A stretch of DNA of 63,936 nucleotides, counting the filler, from Octopus bimaculoides (taxonomy: Eukaryota), in assembly GCF_001194135.2 (NCBI RefSeq). It is 5 parts of 4 records of this genome, joined end to end, with 100 filler letters (N's around TTAATTAATTAA, not from the genome) between each part and the next. Parts side by side here need not be neighbours in the genome. Positions count along the whole stretch, not along the records: positions 1 to 30,852 come from NC_068981.1; 4 more parts are not named here. One strand, given 5' to 3'. Shown piece by piece: positions 1 through 11,953 of the stretch. The notes below the pieces were generated by a model, which worked only from the letters and a program-made list of their open reading frames with translations, did no database searches and had not been told where the DNA came from. How positions within the stretch are numbered: the first letter of the stretch is position 1; each line of letters starts with the position of its first letter. Position numbers and translations under genes: made by a program.

Positions 1-630
1 AGTAGATAGGGCTCTTAATTGTAGATTTTAAATATTTGAGAGACAACAATGCATAAATCGTAATTTTTAAAAGAGCAATGGATTCTAGGTGAATAACGTA
101 GCATGAATTTAGGAAGCTTAGAAAATGAATAAGTATGAATTTAAGACAACAACTGAATTCAATTGAATTTCATGGAGAGAAACAAGATAAATAATAGAGG
201 GCAAACTAAAGCGCGAAGGTATGAGATGTTTGAGGCCATAAATAAATAAAAAATCTCTATCTTATCTGCATCTTGGAGATTTCGTCGTAGTATGTCAGCG
301 AAAAATGCATCTAACACATGCTATAAGGTGGCTGATGGTAGAAACGGCATCCAGCCATAGAAGCCATGCCAAAGCAGATCCTGGAGCATTTTGCAGTCCT
401 TTGACCCATCAAATCCTGTCAAACCATTCAACCTATGCCAACATGGAATATGGACATTAAATGGCTATGTGTGTGTGTGTAGGTACATATATATTTTCCT
501 AATACATGTATGTAAGCATTTGATTTGATACAAATTTGAAAAGTAATATTAGGTAAAAATGTTTCATTTTTATTTGAAGGAAAAGAATGACTATATATTA
601 AAGCAAATATTATTTTCTACTTTATACCAG

Positions 631-831
631 TTGTGTCGTCAGGATGCTGCAAATTTTATGGATGATAATATTCCAGAAAATCTGTTACCCGAAGATGATG
701 AAATTGCCAGAGTCAGTGGTAGTGCTGGAACTCGAGAGCCTTCATTTACATCAATATTTCATCAGCCACAAACCTTGTTACAAGAGTTTTCTTTAGTTAA
801 CAAAGATATTCCTAGAGTTGCATTTGAAAAG
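631..831 (+). CDS. WDR59: WDR59 coding exon (first seen in window), linker and start of RWD domain
   Basis: Acceptor tttataccag|, donor aag|gtaata. 201 bp, phase 0/0: LCRQDAANF...HQPQTLLQEFSLVNKDIPRVAFEK, matching remembered WDR59 PQTLQQEFSLIN. Confidence 0.93.
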
Positions 832-1865
832 GTAATACTATTCTTATGTTTCCTTTAAATTTTTCCTCTTTCTTTGTTTATTCTTATTGTTTTAACATTT
901 AATTCTCAAACAGCTCTACTTCCAATGAAATCCATTTACTCCTGTTGTTTCTATGTCATCCCTGTTCCATATTGTTAGACTATTTCTGTAGTACTTATAC
1001 AATCATACAATACATCACCACTCCATTGGCTAAAGTCACCTCAGAAGATTCTCTACTGATATTTTTATGACAATCGTTTCTAGATATCTGCTAGACTGAC
1101 ATTCTATTGTAATACAGTTAATTCTGGCATTGAAGTGAGCCATACTTTTATAAGACATTGTAGATGACAAATCAGATGATAATTCCATTAGAATACCTTA
1201 CTCCATAAACAAATTGAATGATAACAAAGGTAAAGACTATTGGAATAATGAAAAGACTATTAATTAGACAGTAAACAATTTAATCAGAAGTTAAAGTCAA
1301 TTTGAAAGCATGCAGGCAAGAAACTGGAATGAGATATACATTACTGTATTTAACAACATATAAGATGCACTGTTTTCATTAAAAAATGTCTCAAAAATCA
1401 CACTGGGTCCAATATGTGAAGTTGGGCCTACCATAAGCTAATTTTCTCTCTGGCACTCCAGACCGTTTTCTAGGCCTGACTTCATAATAATAGTATTTAA
1501 TTAAACATTATTATTGTTACTTGTACTGTAAAAGGAATTGTCATAATAATGAGCTGATGACATTTGCCAATAACAGCTGATCCATTTCAATTAAATATGC
1601 CTAAACACACTCCTACCAATCAATTGAAAGCAACAGAAGAAGGGGCATAAGTGAGAGCAAATACTGGTAATGGTAAATTACTAACCTTGGAGACATTAAC
1701 ATTAAGACTGGGAAGAAATATCTCCATCATTGGAATTAGCCAGAATATTTTCACTATCATGATTTCCTGCTCTTTGTTCGGATTTACTTCTTAGTTTTAC
1801 ATTTTGTAATGTTTTCTGCGATAACTAAGGAACTTTTGTAAAATTTTGCAATGTACTGCTACATT

Positions 1866-2070
1866 GTTTTAACCATTTAGCATTTAAACCAACCAGTAGG
1901 CTGGCCAGATCTGGCCTTTCAAACCTACCACATAATGTCCTTCTAAAAATATACGATCACATCATCGAAATTTGAATGCTAAAAGATAATGAATGATTAA
2001 TTCAAACAATGTTAATTAATAAGTATTACATTTGACAGAGTAATCTGAATGCTAAACAGTTGAAAATTAA
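1866..2070. mobile_element. piggyBac-like MITE, copy 1 of 4
   Basis: Ends ttaaccatttagcatt...aatgctaaacagttga. Same family at 20480-20696, 22891-23525 and 41180-41407, with TTAA/TTGA|CCCTTTAGCATT...AAAGGG|TTAA termini. Confidence 0.65.
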
Positions 2071-2363
2071 ATGCTTTAAAGTACTAAAAACTTATTTTAC
2101 TGGATTTGCACTACTGAAATTGGTGTGCAACTAATATACCTGTGTGTTTTTTATGTCATCAAACATGGTAACTAAAGACAATGAGCTAATGGAGTACTGG
2201 TCAAGAATTAGGATAGAAAGTTCTGCATATTATATTGAATCATATTAGTCTCATAAATTAATGACAGGCAAAATTATTCATACTTTTCTGTTTCTTTTGA
2301 CAAAACATCTCAGATTTTTAATTATAATCATTGCTATGGTGTTGATCTGTTTTCTGTTCCCAG

Positions 2364-2528
2364 ATGGATGCTGATAGTCGAACCTGCACAGTAAGTGCTG
2401 TCAGTAAAGGTCATTGTGCCTCTCTTGTTGTTACATTCCCTGTCAGTTACCCAAACAATGCTGCACCAACATTTCAATTCACTCAGAGAACCACTCTACA
2501 GACATCACAGAAAAATGTCCTATTGCAG
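2364..2528 (+). CDS. WDR59: WDR59 coding exon, RWD domain
   Basis: ttcccag|ATG...CAG|gtgaga. 165 bp, phase 0/0: MDADSRTCTVSAVSKGHCASLVVTFPVSYPNNAAPTFQF..., cf. human MDAADRSCTVS...FPAQYPNNAAPSFQF (from memory). Confidence 0.95.
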
Positions 2529-2831
2529 GTGAGATAATCAAAATTTACATTTATTTCTACTCTTCAATAATATTGAAACTTCCTAAAACTGTCAACTTGA
2601 TTTCAGTGATGAAGTCAGTAATTTGTTTGTTTTATGTTCATTTTTCCATGTTAGCATGGATTAGATGAATACATAATGCAGAGGCATTATTTTTATGGCC
2701 AGATGCCCTTCCTGTCATTAAACCATATCTGTTTTTGAAATAAAGGAATTTTTAATCCGCTCGTCTTCAAAAATATGGAGCTGGTAGACAATTTGTCAAC
2801 AGGGAAATTCCAACAATGTCCTACCCATACA

Positions 2832-2884
<53 letters not shown>

Positions 2885-3664
2885 ATTCACGTAAAAAGCA
2901 CCCACTACACTCTTGGAATGGTAGGCATTAGGAAGGGCATCCAACCATAGAAACCTTGCCAAATCAGATTGGAACCTGGTGCAGCTCCCAGGCTTACCAG
3001 TTTTCAGTCAAACCATCCAACCCATGCCAGAATGGAAAGCAGGCATTAATTGATGATGATGATGATGATGTTATATACTGAAAGTGTCATCTTCCACTCA
3101 TCTTTTCCAGCAGGGGTAGTCATGTATCTCCTCTACATACATAAGACACCTGTTCCTATTCTTTTGTCTTACTCTTGCATCTCAACATCTGGCATAAAAC
3201 CACTTCCATCACTATTACATCCCTCTCACACAAGGAGTCTTGTCTTACAAACTCTTTGGTGCCAGTGACATGGAAAAGTACCCAGTACACTCTGTGAAGT
3301 GGTTGGCATTAGGAGGAATACCCCACTGTAGTAACTGTGCCAAATCAGACACTGGAGTTTGGCACACTCCTCTGACCCATTGTATTCTGTCAAACTATCC
3401 TTTTCATGCTGGCACAGCAAACAGACACTAAATGGTAGTGTTGACTGAACATCAAAATGTTCTGTATATAAGTTAGTTTATGCTACATACTGAACACCAT
3501 ATAATTATGTTCTTTATACACTTGTAGAAACTTTATAATATTAATATACAATTACTGTATGCAGAATATGGAGTTATGCCTCAGACATATGATAAAATCA
3601 ACCATTCTCCTCAAATTTTCTCTTCTTTACAAGATGTTTGTTGTTTCTCTGAATTTTTCCTCAG

Positions 3665-3760
3665 GCTCTTGAAGACACATCACAGCAGCATGTCAAAAGA
3701 AATCGGTCTTGCCTGGAACCTTGCCTTAGGCAACTGACCGCCAACTTGGACAAGTTAACA
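3665..3760 (+). CDS. WDR59: WDR59 coding exon, end of RWD domain
   Basis: tcctcag|GCT...ACA|gtaagt. 96 bp: ALEDTSQQHVKRNRSCLEPCLRQLTANLDKLT (conserved SCLEPCLRQL). Confidence 0.95.
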
Positions 3761-3899
3761 GTAAGTTAGAAGCTAGAGAAATAATTCTATTTCATACAAA
3801 CTATTTATCAGGTTTAGAATTTAATCGGATCATTGTTTTAGCAAAGTGTAGATGTGTTAGAATCATTGTGTTAGCAAAATATGTTTGTTTTTGGACCAT

Positions 3900-5760
3900 T
3901 TCTGTTTTGTCACACTTCTCATTTGAATTATAACAGCAGTTTCACCAACACAAGTAAGGAAAATCTACCATTCATGACTAAGGTTTGTTAGGAGCAAAAT
4001 ACTGCAGTCCTTTCTCTATAACTAACAACTCTTTAGCCTTACTTTTTTCCCAGCCAACATTATCAACTTCTCATTTGACAAATTTTCTGTATCGGATTAG
4101 AGCAACTTAACCATAATATTTTCCATGATTTCTCCAAACTCTGTACCATTTGCTGATCTCAGAATATCTTACAGAGTTTGATGTAGTCTTTCTGCTGGTG
4201 GAAAATCTGTAGAGATAAAGTTACATTTTGGCCACGTTTTGCCAAACACTATTCATAGCTGAGCATTTTACTTCATTCCATGACTCAGCTCTGTTATCCA
4301 TTGCCTCTGTAATGTTGAACTTTGTCCATAAGTCTCTATCAAAAGGTATGCTCTTCCCTATTACTTACTCATATGAATTATTTCTAAACTTATCTTAAAT
4401 AGCATACCTAGAAGTTAGCCATCACACCTTCATCCACTGGCTGGAGCAAAGACGCTATGTTGTTGAAGACATATTACACTTTAACATTGCCAGAAAGTTC
4501 ATTGAAAATGTTACGCATGGCACCACTCTACACCAGAGCAAATCATTTGCAAATCAGTCTTGGGAAAAAGGCTTCTGGTCAACCAAACCTTTTTATTTGA
4601 ACACCAAGTTACAGATAGGCTAATCACAGAATAGCCTTTGAAAGTCATTGGATTTTCAGAGTGACACACAAATAGAGGCATTTATTCATATTACCAGCAG
4701 CATTTCCTCTCCCAAGAAGCATCAGATGATTTTTAGGAAGAAGCTTTAAGGCCTAATACTGAAAAACCCAGTTTCATTAACATTTTATACTTGTTATAGT
4801 TTATAGCGTGGAAGAGCAAGATCGTTGCCAGTGCCCCTGGACTGGCTTGTGCGGGTGGCACATAAAAGACACCATTTCGAGCGTGGCCGTTTTCGTGCGG
4901 GTGACATGTAAAAGCACCCACTACACTCTCTGAGTGGTTGGCGTTAGGAAGGGCATCCAGCTGTAGAAACTCTGCCAAATTAGACTGGAGCCTGGTGTTG
5001 CCATCCGGTTTCACCAGTCCTCAGTNNNNNNNNNNNNNNNNNNNNNNNNNNNNNNNNNNNNNNNNNNNNNNNNNNNNNNNNNNNNNNNNNNNNNNNNNNN
5101 NNCTAAAGCTCCACGAGGCTCCGGCAGGGTATGGTGGCGAACCCTGCTGTAATCTTTCACCACAACTTTCTCTCACTCTTACTTCCTGTTTCTGTTGTGC
5201 CTGTAATTCAAAGGGTCAGCCTTGTCACACTGTGTCACATTGAATATCCCCGAGAGCTACATTAAGGGTACACGTGTCTGTGGAGTGCTCAGCCACTTGC
5301 ACGTTAATTTCACGAGCAGGCTATTCCGTTGATCGGACCAACTGGAACCCTCAATGTTGTAAGCGACGGAGTGCCAACAACAAGTTTATAGCCTTTTTCC
5401 ACCATAATTGTTTTTAGTTCCTCATGATAATTACTATCAGCCTCTGTTTCAGTATGACAAATTCACTGATCATTTTAATATTGTGCTAATTAATATGCTT
5501 CTTAACGTTTCAATGTAGCCTTTACTTGCAAAAAAGAGTTTTTACATCAGAAGTTGCATCTTCCATCTTTTACAAATTGACATACAAGCGTGTTCACAGG
5601 CACATTATATCCAGTCTGATTGTTGATCTTCACACAAGAACTGTTCCATTATTTCTACCATAATACAGTTGTTTCACTTATAGCAATAATTTAAACAAAA
5701 TCACTTAGACAAATACAACAAGGAAAGTAAAATTATTGTTGTTTGAACATTAATTAACTT
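3900..5760 (-). pseudogene. Decayed pogo/Tigger-family transposase, interrupted by a SINE and an RTE tail
   Basis: Minus-strand remnants in the expected order: FFASKGYIENVKKH..HNIK..EELKTIMVEKGY, then QV*NVNETGF, GNAAG..SENPMTFKGY..WCSNKKVWLT, LLQPVDEGVMANF*VCYLR, WTKFNITEAMDNRAESWNEV. Multiple stops and frameshifts. Confidence 0.75.
4808..5382 (+). mobile_element. (CAA)n-tailed SINE with a 10-bp TSD, carrying a young RTE-tail insertion (about 4818-5025)
   Basis: AGTTTATAGC at both 4798-4807 and 5383-5392. Body shared with 24213-24540 and 61585-61730. Confidence 0.75.
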
Positions 5761-5847
5761 CTGTAAATGTCCTTTGACCCCTATTCTGTTTGAAACTGTT
5801 TTGTTCCAATATAAAACTACAACTCAGTTTTTTTTTTTTTATTGTAG

Positions 5848-5998
5848 GACGTTGAACATCAAACTCCTGACAATGAGGACCAGTTTACTCTTCCAACAAA
5901 GTCAGGAGCCCCAATTGTTCCAAATTTCTATTACATTGGGCATCAAGATAGTTCTGTTCCTTTTCCACGTACATCGGGAGCTCGTTTTTGTTCGGCAG
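5848..5998 (+). CDS. WDR59: WDR59 coding exon
   Basis: attgtag|GAC...GCAG|gtttgt. 151 bp, phase 0/1: ...GHQDSSVPFPRTSGARFCSA, the hallmark WDR59/SEA3 PFPRTSGARF motif. Confidence 0.96.
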
Positions 5999-6194
5999 GT
6001 TTGTAATCTTGTTCTTATTATCATTATTAATTATCCTGCTGGGGTTAAGTTTATTTTTCTGCTTTCTAAAGTCAATAAAATAAAGTACTAATCAAGTACA
6101 AGGGTTGATTGATTTAACTATATTCTCCCCTAAAATATATGGTCTTGTACCAATGCTAGAACCACATTATATATATTGAAAGGCAGATTGTATG

Positions 6195-6945
6195 ATGCCT
6201 GTGTGTGAACAGCTATGCTACATGGCAGTAGAATGTGGTCTGTAACAGCTGAGGATATGCATAGGCTTGAAAGAAATGAAGCCAGTATGCTTCACTGGAT
6301 GTGCAATGTCAGTGTTCATGTTCAAGAGAGGGTGAGCATCAGATGTGGTGTGCAAGAGAGATGACTGTGATGCGTATGGATGAGGATAGCTGTGTAAGGA
6401 AGTGCCGATCTCTAACTGCAGAGGGAACTTGTGGTAGAGATAGACTCTGGAAGACATGGAATGAGGTGGTGAAGCATGATCTTCAAATTGTGTGCCTCAC
6501 AGATGCAATAACTAGTGGCCAAAACCTTTGGCGATATGCTGTGCTTGAGAAGACCCATCAAGCTAAGTGAAATCGTAGTCATGGCTGATGCTGGTGTCAC
6601 GTAACTGGCACCCATGCGAGTAGCACATAAAAAGCACCTTTCTAGTGTTGGGCCCCATGGAGGCGATGACCAAGACCCTTGGCAGTATATTGTACTTGAA
6701 AAGAAGACCCATCAAGCCAAGTAAAATCGCAGTCCTGGCAGATACCAGTGTCACACAAATAACATCCAAGCTGGAGGCACGTAAAAGCACCCATTACACT
6801 CTCAGAGTGGTTGGCATTAAGAAGGGCATCCAGCTGTAGAAACCATGCCAAATCAGACTGGGGTCTGGTGCATCCTTCCAGCTTGCCAGTCCTGATCAAA
6901 CTGCTCAACCCATGCAAGTATGGACAACAGATGCTAAATGATGAT
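6195..6945 (+). mobile_element. 5'-truncated RTE-clade LINE (RT C-terminus, 3' UTR, (GAT)n tail)
   Basis: MRMDEDSCVRKCRSLTAEGTCGRDR..TWNEVVKHDL..LWRYAVLEK, followed by the shared aggaagggcatccagctgtagaaac...aaatgatgat tail. Internal duplication about 6520-6640 / 6660-6790. Confidence 0.85.
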
Positions 6946-7319
6946 GCTCAAAGGTGGGCACCATTAATCGAAAACTTAACTTCGTTAACCGTTAATCTGT
7001 TAACCAAAAAGTTAATTTCAATAACTGTTAATCAGTTAATTCTTTAAAAATGTAATGGAAGATATCAATAAACTGTTCATGTTAATTTTTATTATAGAAT
7101 AAAACAAAAAGTCAGTTTTTTGCTCTCGACCACCTAAAAACACTTTAAAAAGTGCCAAAACTATAAAATCCATTAACTTCAATTGAATTGAAGTTAACAG
7201 AAGTTAGTCCTATAATGGTTTCCTAAGTTAACTTGAAAGTCAAATCGTTAACGAAAATGCTAACTTCATTAATTAATGATTAACGGTTTGGTGCCCAAGT
7301 TTGAGATATATATATATAT

Positions 7320-7549
7320 TTCTTTATTGCCCAAAGGGGGCTAAACATAGAGGGAACAAACAAGGACAGACAAAGGGATTAAGTCGATTACATCGATCCC
7401 AGTGCATAACTGGTACTTAATTCACCAACCCCGAAAGAATGAAAGGCAAAGTTGACCTCAGCGGAATTTGAACTCAGAACATAATGGCAAACGAAATACT
7501 GTTAAGCATTTTGCCCGGCATGCTAACATTTCTGCCAGCTCGCCGCCTA
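7320..7549 (-). mobile_element. tRNA-like SINE family B (CpG-decayed copy)
   Basis: Head ggcggcgagctggcagaa, B-box-like gttctgagttcaaattcc, core ctttcattctttcggggt..aagtaccagtt. Other copies about 14610-14840, 16565-16790, 24650-24770, 41615-41848, 42722-42948, 53860-54000. Confidence 0.85.
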
Positions 7550-7559
7550 AGATATATAT

Positions 7560-7720
7560 ATATCTTAATATATAAAATTAATATATATATATATATATAT
7601 ATTTATCTTAATATATAAAATCCGTTCCGTCTGTCTGTTTGTGTGCTTATAACTCGAGTATTGTTCATGCGATCGCACTGAAATTTTAAACATAGGTACA
7701 TGAGAGAGCTGGGAAGTGCA
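7560..7720 (+). mobile_element. Helitron-like non-autonomous 5' end
   Basis: A|TCttaatatataaaa (duplicated), followed by gtctgtctgtttgt and cgatcgcactgaaatttt, the layout I recall for non-autonomous Helitrons. Confidence 0.45.
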
Positions 7721-7927
7721 GGAGAAGGAGAGAGAGAGAGTGGGATATATATATATATAATATATATTGTGTTGTGTTGACTATATATTCAATATTTGTG
7801 TTGGCTCCATATATATCAATTGTAAACAGTGAAATCAGTTTTATAAAATTCATCCTCATATATTGAGAAATAATTGAAGTTCCTACCAATCTTCAGTTTG
7901 TTTCATTCTTTTATTTCCATATTACAG

Positions 7928-7991
7928 GATATCTGGTTTGTTTTGGTCGTCAGGCCTCCAGCAAGAAAGCTTATACAGAGCGAACTCCCAA
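7928..7991 (+). CDS. WDR59: WDR59 coding exon
   Basis: attacag|GA...AA|gtgagt. 64 bp, phase 1/2: (G)YLVCFGRQASSKKAYTERTP(K); continues the frame of the previous exon. Confidence 0.93.
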
Positions 7992-8798
7992 GTGAGTGAC
8001 AATTTTGAAAACACATTTATGCACTGTAATTGTTGTACTTAAATATTTCTTTTAAATTACATCAAATTTGCTTTCTAATTATTTTGGGATTATCTCAATT
8101 CCTATAGCCATTAAATATTAACTGCAAGCACATCTTTCTACACCTTTCCAAATAGATTCAAATATAACCGTCTAGATAGCTATTAGGTCTTTTAATATTG
8201 AGCTGGCATTGTTGTTACCGTTTAGCTCCATGTGAGCCCTGATCAAACAGATTTCTGATCAAAGGTGTTCCAGCTGTAACGATCTTATCTTTTATTCAAA
8301 CATAATCAAACTAAATTTGATGACTGGCACAACATATGCCAACCTTCCTTCATTGAGCACTAAACTCTGCTTGCGAAGACCTGTTGTGGTAAGTGAAATC
8401 GAAATTGAACCAAATTTGATGACTGGCACCCGTGCCAGTGGAATGCTAACAGCACCATCCAAGTGGGATCACTGCCAGAGCAGCTGTCTGGCTTCTGTGC
8501 CGGTGGCACGTAAAAAAGCACCATTTGAGTGTGATCGTTACCAGCGTCACCTTACTGGCAATTGTGCCAGTGGCACGTGAACAAAATATTCGAGCAGTAA
8601 CTTCAGCAGTGGTGTTCTACTTAATCCCACCTTCACTTCCAAACCCTCATTCAGTTCAGTTCCTTAAATCATTGCTTAATCATCTTAACAGTATTTACTT
8701 CTGAAAATGGTTTATTTTATGAATTTTTTAAAAAACTTTTAAGATGACCATGTTGTAAATTTGATGAATGTTTCTTTACTGAATGATACCTTTTACAG

Positions 8799-8937
8799 AT
8801 CTCTGTCAGTGCTAGCCTATTTACAGTCAGGCATGAGGTCACCCCAGTCAACATCATCCTACTCTGTCTTTTCTCGTAGCCCACCTACATCTGATGGAAT
8901 GTTCTCTATCAGTAATTACTATGCTTTTAAAGAAAAG
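8799..8937 (+). CDS. WDR59: WDR59 coding exon
   Basis: ttttacag|A...AAG|gtaaag. 139 bp, phase 2/0: SLSVLAYLQSG...SISNYYAFKEK (cf. SLSALSAY...SISSFYYKER). Confidence 0.92.
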
Positions 8938-10147
8938 GTAAAGATTTACTTTGTTTTTCTAAACTGTTTGTTATTCAAATTTTACTTCCAGTTATTGTCA
9001 CCCTCCTCTTCACCATCATTGTCATTGTTACCACTCAGTTTTATTTTATTTCTCCTAGACAAATTCAAATCTTGTTTCATAACTCAGTAGCTTTTGTTAG
9101 CAGATTAGTAGGAGATCATCATTATCATCATTAGTTAATGTCCATTTTCCATGCTGGTATGGGCTGGGTACTTTAACATGAGCTGGCTAGCCAGAGGACT
9201 GCACCAAGCTCCAGTGTCTACTTTGGCATAGTTTCTATGGCTGGATACTTTTCCTTATGCCAACCACTTAACAGAGTGCACTGGGGTCTTTTTATATGGC
9301 AACAGCAGCAGTGATATCTCCAAGTAATTTGCAAGACAAGACACCTCAGTTGAAGGGTGTGGTATTGAGGGAGGTGATTTATGCCAGGTGATGAGAAGTT
9401 AAAGCATGTTAGAAGAACAGTGATAGGTTTATTGCTGTAGGACAGATACATGATTATACCACTTGAACTAAGAAGAGGATGGTGGTGAAGATGTGTCTGG
9501 GCATACCCTTGTTTCAAACACCCCTGTAATTCAGTAGCTTTTATTACCAAAGCGGATACTGCAAGATATTATAAGCAATTGTATTTATCATGTAAACAAG
9601 ATAGAGTTCAAAATGGGATTAGTTTAATGCTTATTTACTGATATTTAGTTTGTTAGTTTCATGTTTTCCAAGTGTATCTTGTTGTGGAATCTTTTAGAAG
9701 ACAGGTATAATTCTATAAAGAGCTCTATGAAAATCACCTCTGTATAAATCTCTTCTTTTTACAGATATTTATTCGTTGTAAACCTGTCCAACTAAAGGAC
9801 CATTATTATGCTTGACTTCTCCTCCTCCTTCTCCTTGTACTATCAAGTCAACAGTTTTGGGCAGTTTTCATCAGATGGTGGATAGGTTTGATGCTCATCT
9901 ACTGTTTCATGTCATCAACCCTCTGCTCAGAGGTTATTGCCAACAAACTCAACCTTCCACAATCTTCACTACAAAAATATATTTACTTCACTGCCTTTGA
10001 GAAAAAGGAATAACTACATTGACAACAATAACTGCTGTTAATTTATGAAAATCATGTCAAAGGCAGGACTATGACAAATGTAATATGTTGTTCTATTTTC
10101 TCCATAATATCTAAATACATTCCCTGTCTGTTTTCGTTTGTCTGCAG

Positions 10148-10299
10148 AAGCGAAATCGAAGCCGATGTCGTTCTAAAGATACTTTAGATTCAAAAGGTCG
10201 AGATTCAGAACTGAAGAAGATGCCAAAAGTGAACCCAGTCATTATTTATGATGTTTTACCTCTGCAGATGCTTAACAAACAGTTAGCTGAAAACTATAT
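10148..10299 (+). CDS. WDR59: WDR59 coding exon
   Basis: tctgcag|AAG...AT|gtgagt. 152 bp, phase 0/2: KRNRSRCRSK...VIIYDVLPLQMLNKQLAENY. Confidence 0.92.
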
Positions 10300-11019
10300 G
10301 TGAGTATTCCTTCTTTCCCCTTTGTTGTATTCTTTTGTCAGCTGCTGTCTGTGAAAATAGCTTTAGCTACTATTAACAGAAGATATAAATAAACACATCA
10401 TCATCATTTTAATGTCCACCCTTCCATGCTCGCAAGAGTCAAATGGGATTTGTCAAGACAGATTTGTTACAGTGACATGCCCTTCCTGTCACCAAACCTC
10501 ACCTGTTTCCAAGTAAGGTAATATTTCCTCATCACCATTTTTATGGAAGATTGGAAACAGAGGACATGACTTGCATGACTGACACCCATTTTATCCTGTG
10601 ATGTCAAGGCAAGGAGACAATAACACACACATGCGTACACACACAAACCTGTATATACGTATATGCATATACAACAGGCTTCTTTCAGTTTCCATCTACC
10701 AAGTTCACTTGCAAGGCTTTAGTTGACCCAGAGCTACAGTGGAAGACACTTGGTTGATACTTACTCAAGGTGCCACACAGTGGGACTGAACCCAAAACTA
10801 TGTGGTTGAGAAGCAAACTTCTTACAATGCAGCTTTGCCTGTTTACACACATACACACGCATACCCACACATGTGCACACACACACATGCAAATGAGTTA
10901 ATGTCTGTATTAAAAACTTTCTGTATGTTTATTACTAAGACAATTTTAATGGTGCTCTCTGATTTAGAATGTATTAACTGTTTTACTGTAACACCTGTGC
11001 CAGTGGAACATCATCATCA

Positions 11020-11505
11020 TCATCATCATCGTTTAACGTCCGCTTTCCATGCTAGCATGGGTTGGACAATTTGACTGAGGACCGGTGAAACCAGATGGTT
11101 ACACCAGGCTCCGATCTGATTTGGCAGAGTTTCTACAGCTGGATGCCCTTCCTAACGCCAACCACTCAGAGAGTGTAGTGGATGCTTTTACGTGTCACCC
11201 GCACGAAGGCCAGTCAGGCGGTACTGGCAACGGCCATGCTCAAAATGGTGCATTTTATGTGCCACCCGCACAAGAGCCAGTCCAGGGGCACTGGCAACGG
11301 TCTCGCTCGAAAATCCCACGAAGGCCAGCCAGGCGGCACTGGCAACGGTCACGCTTAAAATGGTGCATTTCATGTGTCACCTGCACAAGAGCCAGTCCAG
11401 GGGCACTGGCAACAGTCTCGCTCGAAAATCCTACAACGGCCTCACACAAGAGCCAGTCCCGGGGCACTGGCAACGATCCCGATCGAAAATCCCACAAAGG
11501 CCAGC
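11020..11505 (-). mobile_element. Young RTE 3'-UTR element with about 110-bp internal tandem repeats
   Basis: (CAT)n cgtttaacgtccgctttccatgctagc..., then repeated gaaggccagtcaggcggtactggcaacgg...gagccagtccaggggcactggcaac units. Close relative at 29497-29960. Confidence 0.85.
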
Positions 11506-11509
11506 CAGG

Positions 11510-11825
11510 CGGCGAGCGCTGGGTCATGGAGGCAATGACAAATGACCAAGACCTTTGGCAATATGCTGTGCTTCAGTAGAAGACCCATCAAGCCGAGTGA
11601 AATCGTTATCATGGCAGATACTGGTGTCATGCAACTGGCACTCATGCTAGTGGCATGTAAAAACACCCATTAAACTCTATGAGTGGTTGGCATTAAGAAG
11701 GGCATCCAGCCAGAGATACCTTGCCAAAACAGACTGGAGTCTGGTGCAGCCTCTCAGCTTACCAACCCTGGTCAAACCATCCAGTCCATGCCAGCATGGA
11801 CAATGGACACTAAATGATGATGATG
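11510..11825 (+). mobile_element. Older RTE 3' end, back-to-back with the previous copy
   Basis: WVMEAMTNDQDLWQYAVL* plus tail ending aaatgatgatgatg, about 45 nt upstream of the 11872 acceptor. Confidence 0.8.
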
Positions 11826-11871
11826 AAGACTAATTTTTCTTTCTCACATTTATACATTGTTGCTTTTACAG

Positions 11872-11953
11872 AATCCAATTAAATGATGTTCCTAAGATGT
11901 GCAGCCACAATGGTAATGCTGCACTTGCAGTTGGAAGGAAAGATTTAGTACAG
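11872..11953 (+). CDS. WDR59: WDR59 coding exon
   Basis: ttttacag|A...CAG|gtaaat. 82 bp, phase 2/0: IQLNDVPKMCSHNGNAALAVGRKDLVQ (conserved VGRKDLVQ). Confidence 0.95.

Noticed and set aside
9765-9815. Strong acceptor ctttttacag as an extra WDR59 exon
   Set aside because: The required phase 0 hits a stop after 16 codons, and the flanking exons already join in frame.
11200-11500. Regularly spaced repeats as a CRISPR-like array
   Set aside because: Units are contiguous with no unique spacers, they lie inside a retroelement UTR, and the context is eukaryotic.
11085-11579. 164-aa ORF and its 156-aa relative at 29569-30039
   Set aside because: Antisense read-through of the GC-rich repeated RTE 3' UTR; open in several frames because of the repeat composition.
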